64,000 nucleotides of DNA from the IMG/VR virus record IMGVR_UViG_3300046168_000050; one strand, written 5' to 3'. The stretch is from a virus. Below are positions 57,918-64,000 of this stretch, piece after piece. The position numbers and the translations under genes are program-made. Positions within the stretch are counted from its first letter, which is position 1. Each line of letters opens with the position of its first letter. The notes beneath the pieces were generated by a model, which saw nothing but the letters and a program-made list of their open reading frames with translations, was not told the DNA's origin and did no database searches.

Positions 57918-59327
57918 TTATCCTTTAATAAAATTCGGTCTAGATATTCTGGCGCATTGAATAGAAATATTATGCGTCCTTTCTGGAATATCAAGAATAT
58001 GTCTTTTTGCAAGCATTACGTGCCTACCCGAATTAGTGGTGCTTTTCTTTACTATTGTATTTAGTGAAGATGGAGATTCGCCTAAAATAGTAACAGAAAG
58101 TTGATTACCTACACTTAGCAATACATTCTCAGATGAATTAGTTTTAGGTAAAAACAAAAACCCTGGCATTTCTAGGTTATAGATATTTTTAGTAAGATAT
58201 AATAAAAGCGCATTTCTAAATTCTGGTAGGACTGCTTCAAAATAAGTTGACTCTTGGTTAAAGCTATTTACCGGAGTTAAAGGGTAGTTAGATGTAGAAA
58301 TGGTTGAAATTATTTTTGAATTCATTTCTCCCAATGTTTTTTCTGTTGCCCCACTAGGATCTACAATAAAGTTTTCATCGATAAGTTTAGTAAATTCTTT
58401 TTCGTCAATAATATTATTATTCTCAAGCATAGTTATAACAGAGTTAACTATAGAATAATGTCTTGTGTCATCTTTTGATTCATCACCTAAAACTACATAG
58501 TTATGTAATATACCACCTGCTCCCTGTTCTACGAGGCTAAGTGTATCTTCTAATGCAGATCCAGAATAGCTTTTTAGTGCAGAAGATATTGCCGCAAAGT
58601 TATTTAAAGGAGCATTCGTCTGCCCTTGAGAATATACGAATGGCAAGCTTTCGTTAAACGACTGCCTTGTTAATATGGACTCAAGGTCTGCCAATATAAG
58701 TTTATCTGAATATAAAGAAGAATAAAGAAAATATGGACAACCAGTAGTAGTAGTCATTTTACTTAAAACTGTCAAACATGCCTGCATAGGAGAAAGGTAT
58801 GGCACTACGTATTTAAAAGCAGATTGATGTGAAGGTTTACTAAAGTTAGTATCCAATTCTATTCCAAGATTATCTTGTAGAATAGACTGGATTATTTGCT
58901 CACCTGTACCGGTATATCCTTTGCTTATCTTTTGAACTTTATCATAATAACCTATGTCTTCAATTAAATCGAACACGAAAACGTTAGTAAAGTCGTTATA
59001 AGTTTCAGCAGAAGCAATAGATCTAATAATAAATGTCTTTGTTATATTTTTAATATACGATGCTGGATATCCAAATTCAATAACTATTTTTTCTGAGCCT
59101 TTAATGCCAGGAAAATCAAGCAAGCCGAAGTCATCAACAAGTACTAATTTACCTGTGAGGTACGGCATTGAGATGTGCTCAAACATACTAAGTTCGACTG
59201 ACGTTTGAATAATATCAATCTCATCAGTAACAGTGCCTGAATTTATTTTAAAATTATAGCCAGGTATTTTTAACGAGAGCTTTGTTAAATCAAAGGTTTC
59301 TGGCGTAAAGTTGGTGTTTGGATTCAT
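57918..59327 (-). CDS. Baseplate hub protein (gp27-like)
   Basis: MFEHISMPYLTGKLVLVD, I.GSEKI.I, YVVPYLSPMQA, SGRHVMLAKRH; positioned between gp53 and gp5. Confidence 0.65.
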   Translation of the reverse strand: MNPNTNFTPETFDLTKLSLKIPGYNFKINSGTVTDEIDIIQTSVELSMFEHISMPYLTGKLVLVDDFGLLDFPGIKGSEKIVIEFGYPASYIKNITKTFIIRSIASAETYNDFTNVFVFDLIEDIGYYDKVQKISKGYTGTGEQIIQSILQDNLGIELDTNFSKPSHQSAFKYVVPYLSPMQACLTVLSKMTTTTGCPYFLYSSLYSDKLILADLESILTRQSFNESLPFVYSQGQTNAPLNNFAAISSALKSYSGSALEDTLSLVEQGAGGILHNYVVLGDESKDDTRHYSIVNSVITMLENNNIIDEKEFTKLIDENFIVDPSGATEKTLGEMNSKIISTISTSNYPLTPVNSFNQESTYFEAVLPEFRNALLLYLTKNIYNLEMPGFLFLPKTNSSENVLLSVGNQLSVTILGESPSSLNTIVKKSTTNSGRHVMLAKRHILDIPERTHNISIQCARISRPNFIKG

Positions 59328-60388
59328 TGAACAAGAAGCCTCTGGTATTCGTCTTGAATTCGCCTTGCAACCTCTGGCGTAAATATTTTAATTTGTGACA
59401 GATTATCATTGTTTTCTATAAAGAGTTGTTGTATAGTTTTACCAGTATATCCAAGATTATTTAAAGTAAAGGGAAGATTATCTACGCCTCCATCAATTTG
59501 CCTTGGAAGATCTACTATATTACCATTAGCGTCTTCATAATGATGCACGCTTTCATACTGCGCAAATGATTGTTGAGCCACAATCCCAAAACTATCCGGA
59601 TCTGCAGCGGGAGAACCTGTCCAAAGTCCTATGTCTTTTTCGCCCTTTTGAGACCAAAGTTCTTGAGAGCCTCCTGGCAATCCGTAGCTAGATAGAGTGA
59701 CAATACCAGTGGCTCTAACTCCTCGTGCTAATTCAGGAGCAGAGAAAGTTATAGTAGGAGCAGATTTATAATCATCTCCGCCATCAATAACTGCTACGCC
59801 TGACACTTCTCCATCTTCATTTAACTCTGGCACCGCTACAGCTCCACCGCCGCCTCCACCCGAAAATGAAATAGTAGGAATATCTGTATAACCAGATCCT
59901 CCATTAGTAATAGCTATAGAAGCAACTTCAACAATAGGCTTAACAATAAGATGCCCAAGGTCTAAGTCCTTTTTAATAATTTTACCCTTGAAAGGTGGAT
60001 TATCAAATGTCCCATCAATATCTTTTTTTGCAATAAGATCATTAACAAAAAACTCTGACTGAAGATTCGAATTTGTTTTAATTGTAGTATTAGGATAATA
60101 TAACTTAAGATAATCATATACTTCAGATGGAGTAAACGGCCAACCTTGCGTTCTTAATTTTTCATTTAATAAATAGAACTGCCAATAATAATCGGTAGTT
60201 CCATATAAGTTTTGAGATAATACATCGGGTCTCTCGCCGTTCGGAATAACTATTTCGGTATATACCCCTATTTGATCAGACAGTTGATCTATAATATCAA
60301 TATAAGTCGTTAAATTTTGAAACGCTGCTTGCGAATTCTCGTTACCGAAATTATAAGCAACAAGTGGAAAGTTCGTAAAAAAAGTCAT
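59324..60388 (-). CDS. gp53: Baseplate wedge subunit gp53 with an internal GSGY-repeat insertion
   Basis: FFTNFPLVAYNF, GERPDVLSQNLYGTTDYYW, GWP, HHYED. Confidence 0.9.
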   Translation of the reverse strand: MTFFTNFPLVAYNFGNENSQAAFQNLTTYIDIIDQLSDQIGVYTEIVIPNGERPDVLSQNLYGTTDYYWQFYLLNEKLRTQGWPFTPSEVYDYLKLYYPNTTIKTNSNLQSEFFVNDLIAKKDIDGTFDNPPFKGKIIKKDLDLGHLIVKPIVEVASIAITNGGSGYTDIPTISFSGGGGGGAVAVPELNEDGEVSGVAVIDGGDDYKSAPTITFSAPELARGVRATGIVTLSSYGLPGGSQELWSQKGEKDIGLWTGSPAADPDSFGIVAQQSFAQYESVHHYEDANGNIVDLPRQIDGGVDNLPFTLNNLGYTGKTIQQLFIENNDNLSQIKIFTPEVARRIQDEYQRLLVQ

Positions 60389-61443
60389 TATCCAGCTCCT
60401 GCACCTGTTAAGTAATCATTATAATCGTGACCATCATTTTCAACATCGTTTCTATTAAGAGTTCTTTCTTCAACAAAATTTAGACTAATATCTACTTCTT
60501 GAGGATTTCCATCTGTATGAAATGCCATTGCATTAGGGTTATAAACTGCATCAAAGCCTTGAAGAAAACATGGCAACAAACCAGTTGCTACTTGCTTAGT
60601 TTCTCCTGGTATCCCAGCATTTAAAAAGTTTCCATATTCCATTGTTATATTAAATTTAGATGGATATTTTAAAGTAAGACTTGTTCCTTGAGCCTGGCTT
60701 ATCGGCACGCCTATGTCTGGGTACATTGCAACTCTAAACCATTTTATCATTTTTTTAATAACTTCTGACTCTTTTGCTGAAGTAGGAATTAATTTAAATT
60801 GAAACCTAAACGTTCTAAGCCCCACACCGTTTAAAATATTTCTATTATTTGGATTGATGGTCACTCCAGTAGAAGTAGCAATCGCCCCTGCTATTTGAGG
60901 CGCACCAAATCTTTTAGCTGTTCTTTGCACCGCCGCGGCAGCGCCGGCGTCACCTAGATCACCAAATGCCGCTGCTGCAATATCACTCATGATACTTTTA
61001 AGAGCTTCTCCACCTAAAGCAACGGCACCAGTCCCGGCAGCAACACCTTGCATAGCAGTAGCACCAATTGCACCTAATTCTAAAGAACCGTACTGAATAT
61101 TATCCTGAACTTGAATTGATTGCGGTAGATAGAGAATAGCCTCACCTTTATTAATAGTTTTATTGGATTTTCCTTTTACGGTTTGATGTTCACTTCCAGT
61201 AAGACCAGATGTTAATATATCTTGTATAGAATTAAATTCATCTGCTGCAGCAATTCCCGCAATAGGAGCCGCGTCTACTCCTAAGGAAGCTAGGCCCTGA
61301 TTAGCAAGACTCGACAAACTCTGATAGTCTTCATCAAAGGCTTCGAACCGAATAAAACCTCTATAATCATCTTTATTTTCTAGAGGAAAAACAAATTGTG
61401 GACTATATGTATTGATAGTAAATGGATATGGATCATTGGGCAT
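60388..61443 (-). CDS. gp48: Baseplate tail-tube cap gp48
   Basis: ILYLP, NPN....L.GVGLRTFRFQFKLIP.SAKES, LNFVEERTL. Confidence 0.88.
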   Translation of the reverse strand: MPNDPYPFTINTYSPQFVFPLENKDDYRGFIRFEAFDEDYQSLSSLANQGLASLGVDAAPIAGIAAADEFNSIQDILTSGLTGSEHQTVKGKSNKTINKGEAILYLPQSIQVQDNIQYGSLELGAIGATAMQGVAAGTGAVALGGEALKSIMSDIAAAAFGDLGDAGAAAAVQRTAKRFGAPQIAGAIATSTGVTINPNNRNILNGVGLRTFRFQFKLIPTSAKESEVIKKMIKWFRVAMYPDIGVPISQAQGTSLTLKYPSKFNITMEYGNFLNAGIPGETKQVATGLLPCFLQGFDAVYNPNAMAFHTDGNPQEVDISLNFVEERTLNRNDVENDGHDYNDYLTGAGAG

Positions 61444-61454
61444 ATTTGCAAGCC

Positions 61455-61484
61455 TATAAATAGAATTTTATGAGATTATTTATA
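61455..61484. promoter_or_regulatory. Crossed divergent late promoters: plus-strand TATAAATA 61455-61462 (for gp4) and minus-strand TATAAATA 61477-61484 (for gp48)
   Basis: Both exact consensus, in the 40-bp gap at the strand switch. Confidence 0.88.
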
Positions 61485-61996
61485 TGGCTTATTCAGGTAA
61501 ATACATAGTAAAACATAGAACTAAATATAAGGGTGATCCAGACAAGGTAACCTTTAGATCCATGTGGGAAAGATATTGTTTTGTATGGTGCGATAATAAT
61601 CCTAACATAAAAAATTGGTCTTCAGAAGAAGTAGTTGTACCATATTTATGGGAAGTAGATAAAAAATACCATCGCTATTTTACTGATTTAAAAATAACCT
61701 TTAAAGACAATAGGACTATACTTGTAGAAATAAAGCCAGATAAAGAAACGAAACCACCTAAGCGGCCTGATAAATCAAAACGCTATATAGGTGAGGCAAT
61801 GACTTACGTTAAAAATATGAACAAGTGGAAAGCAGCAAATGAGTATGCCAAAGATCGTGGATGGGAATTCCAAATATGGACTGAAAAGACTCTTACTGAA
61901 ATGGGTATCATGCCTTCGCAGAGTAAAAAAGGTGCGTTGAAGCCCCTTAGGCCGATAAAGCCTATCAGTAGAAAAAAAGTCTTAAAAAAGAGATAA
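61484..61996 (+). CDS. gp4: Head completion nuclease gp4
   Basis: KYKGDP....RSMWE, WSSEE, HRYFTD, VEIKP, N..KWKAA, F.IWTE. Confidence 0.95.
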   Translation: MAYSGKYIVKHRTKYKGDPDKVTFRSMWERYCFVWCDNNPNIKNWSSEEVVVPYLWEVDKKYHRYFTDLKITFKDNRTILVEIKPDKETKPPKRPDKSKRYIGEAMTYVKNMNKWKAANEYAKDRGWEFQIWTEKTLTEMGIMPSQSKKGALKPLRPIKPISRKKVLKKR

Positions 61997-62005
61997 ATAA
62001 GCTAC

Positions 62006-62590
62006 ATGAGCAACTTATTTCAAAAAATAGAACAAGACGCCTTTAGGGCAGGTATTACGCCACGCACAAGTCAGTCGCGTGACTGGTTTCGTCGTAAGGT
62101 ACAAGGTATCAGACGAATCAATAGAAATCAATTAATGAAAGATGAGCAACTATCTCTCGGCAGCAGACGTCTTATTGGATCAATGCAGATGTTTTTCTAT
62201 GATCCTAAGCATAAAGATAAACTCCCGTTCTATGATAGCTTTCCGCTTACTATTGTATTAAGCCCTGCACCAAAAGGATTTATGGGACTTAATTTGCATT
62301 ATATACCACCTACGCTGAGAGCAAAGTTTTTAGACTCTTTATTGGATATTACAAATAATAATAAGTATGACGAGACAACTAAATTTAACGTTACATATAA
62401 TACATTAAAGAGAGCATCTAAGTTTAAATATTTTAAGCCGTGTATCAAACATTATCTTGCGGGAAACGTGAGAAGTAGATTTGCTGAAGTACACGCGCCC
62501 GAGTGGGAGATCGCAGCGTTTCTTCCAACCGCTGATTGGCAAAAAACAAGTGCTGCAGCTGTTTATTCTTCTTCAAGGAAAATGATCTAA
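62006..62590 (+). CDS. gp2: DNA end protector protein gp2
   Basis: FFYDPKHKDKLPFYDSFPL, GLNLHY, KPCIKHYL, FLPTA. Confidence 0.95.
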   Translation: MSNLFQKIEQDAFRAGITPRTSQSRDWFRRKVQGIRRINRNQLMKDEQLSLGSRRLIGSMQMFFYDPKHKDKLPFYDSFPLTIVLSPAPKGFMGLNLHYIPPTLRAKFLDSLLDITNNNKYDETTKFNVTYNTLKRASKFKYFKPCIKHYLAGNVRSRFAEVHAPEWEIAAFLPTADWQKTSAAAVYSSSRKMI

Positions 62591-63303
62591 TGATAGATAA
62601 ATTTAAAGGGCTTATATCTAAAAGAGATGGCATGGCTAGGTCAAGTGTATTCCAGGTCATACTTCCTTCTATCAACGGAGTAAGAGGAGAAGAAGTAAAC
62701 CTCTTATGCAAAGATGTACAGTTACCAGGCAGACAGATACTAACTAGTGAGCGGCGGATCGGCATGCAAGTTGAGAAAGTTCCGTACGGGTATGCAATAA
62801 CAGATACAAGTATGACATTCCACGTGATGAATGACTATGGTATTAGAAAGTATTTTGAGACATGGCAAAACTTGGCAGTTAATCAAGAAACAAAGGAAGT
62901 AGGATACCAAAGAGGGAAAGAGGGTTATGCCAAACCTGTTCTAATTAAGCAACTTAAAAAGGGATTTGGTCTTCCAGTGTATTCTACACCACTTGGGCTA
63001 CCAAAACTGCCGGCAGAAATTCAAAGCCGATTGCCTAAAATCGGACCATTTGATTTTGCACAAGGTGAACTTGATTTAGATTTTGTTACAAAAGATCAAG
63101 TCGTTTATAGTTGCAGACTCATAGATGCTTTCCCGACATCAATGAATGCTATACAATTAAATAACGAGTTAGACGGTTTAGTTGAGCTTAACGTTCAGTT
63201 ATCTTATACTAACTGGGAACCAGTAGAATTTGGCGTTCAAAATGCCACTGAGAAATTTATTAAAACACAAATAGGGACCGCACTTAGCAGAGCATTTTCG
63301 TAA
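62590..63303 (+). CDS. Tail-tube-like baseplate protein (gp54/gp19-like tube initiator); probable start at 62590
   Basis: GMARSSVF.V, LCKDVQLPGR, YFETWQ, LIDAFP.SMNAIQL; TAATG overlap with the gp2 stop. Confidence 0.8.
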   Translation: MIDKFKGLISKRDGMARSSVFQVILPSINGVRGEEVNLLCKDVQLPGRQILTSERRIGMQVEKVPYGYAITDTSMTFHVMNDYGIRKYFETWQNLAVNQETKEVGYQRGKEGYAKPVLIKQLKKGFGLPVYSTPLGLPKLPAEIQSRLPKIGPFDFAQGELDLDFVTKDQVVYSCRLIDAFPTSMNAIQLNNELDGLVELNVQLSYTNWEPVEFGVQNATEKFIKTQIGTALSRAFS

Positions 63304-63315
63304 AGGATGAAATGA

Positions 63316-64000
63316 ATGGCACTACCCAAATTAAATGATGTACCAAAGTATGAAATCACTATTCCATCAACAGACAAAAAGGTATATTTTAGACCGTTTT
63401 TAGTTAAAGAACAAAAGGTTCTGCTAATAGCATTAGAGTCTCAAGATGAAAAACAGATATTACAGGCAGTAGTAGATACTATTAAGGCCTGTATATATGA
63501 AGATATTGAAATCGATAAGTTAGCAATATTTGATCTTGAATATATTTTTCTACAAATCAGGGGAAAAAGTGTAGGTGAGAGCGCTGATCTTATAATGAAG
63601 TGCAGAGAATGCGACCACGAAAATAAAGTTAAAGTAGATCTAGAAGATATAAAAATTAAAAAGGGACCTGACAAAAAATTTGTTCTTAATGACCAGTTTA
63701 CTATAGAAATGAAATATCCATCCTATGAGATTATTTTAAGAGAAGATATGAATACAGATTCGGCTGTAGAAAATATTTACAACACTGTTTTGTTATGCAT
63801 GAGTTGTCTCTATACGGAAGATGATATTATTAGGTTTGAGGAATATACTGATGAAGATAAAAAAGAATTTATGGAAAGTCTTACGTCTGAACAATTTGAT
63901 AAAATTGTAACATTTGTTAGTAATCTTCCTGCAATAACATATGATTTAGAGTATGACTGTGAATCGTGCGAACATAGTAATAAAGAAATATTAAGAGGAA
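63316..64000 (+). CDS. gp26: Baseplate hub assembly protein gp26, truncated by the window edge (absent from the supplied ORF track)
   Basis: Hand translation MALPKLNDVPKYEITIPST...FRPFLVKEQKVLLIALES...FDLEYIFLQIRGKSVGE...CRECDHEN...CESCEHSN. Confidence 0.93.
   Translation, partial: MALPKLNDVPKYEITIPSTDKKVYFRPFLVKEQKVLLIALESQDEKQILQAVVDTIKACIYEDIEIDKLAIFDLEYIFLQIRGKSVGESADLIMKCRECDHENKVKVDLEDIKIKKGPDKKFVLNDQFTIEMKYPSYEIILREDMNTDSAVENIYNTVLLCMSCLYTEDDIIRFEEYTDEDKKEFMESLTSEQFDKIVTFVSNLPAITYDLEYDCESCEHSNKEILRG

Noticed and set aside
61484-61996. TnsA-like transposase or homing endonuclease
   Set aside because: The PD-(D/E)xK-type motifs belong to T4 gp4 head completion protein in its usual context next to gp2; no element ends are visible
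62445-63674. Minus-strand ORFs 62445..62765 and 63441..63674
   Set aside because: Antisense to clearly identified gp2, gp54-like and gp26 genes
1-64000. CRISPR array, tRNA/rRNA genes, introns or inteins
   Set aside because: All repeats are coding, intergenic gaps are under ~100 nt with no cloverleaf seen, and gp17, gp18 and gp20 are of normal length without insertions

Overview
The whole window is the virion-structure region of an AT-rich, T4-like (gp2-gp54 type) myophage, probably marine; the host cannot be identified from this window. Bases 1-61443 are transcribed on the minus strand in this order: gp48, gp53, gp27-like hub, a three-gene gp5 puncturing module, gp25, gp6, gp7, gp9-like, gp8, a split DUF4815/VrlC-like protein, a ~31 kb cluster of fibre/adhesin genes, gp13, gp14, gp15, an extra fibre gene, gp16, gp17, gp18, gp19, gp20, and a further beta-propeller fibre gene that runs off the left edge. 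From 61484 the plus strand carries gp4, gp2, a gp54/gp19-like protein and gp26 (truncated). T4 late promoters (TATAAATA) sit in most intergenic gaps. Several genes are broken by single extra bases that look like long-read errors. Two candidate undescribed systems stand out. (1) An Asp-Ser (DS, mostly DSA/DSD/DSS) tag is spread across fibre and outer virion proteins but is rare in packaging, tube and hub proteins, which suggests a virion Ser-modification sequon such as O-glycosylation. (2) The fibre genes appear to follow a docking code, in which a module in one gene is followed by a matching short N-terminal peptide in the next, which suggests a daisy-chained, branched fibre tree. Both are inferences from hand reading of the sequence. 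No database searches were run, and family assignments rest on recalled motifs and synteny.
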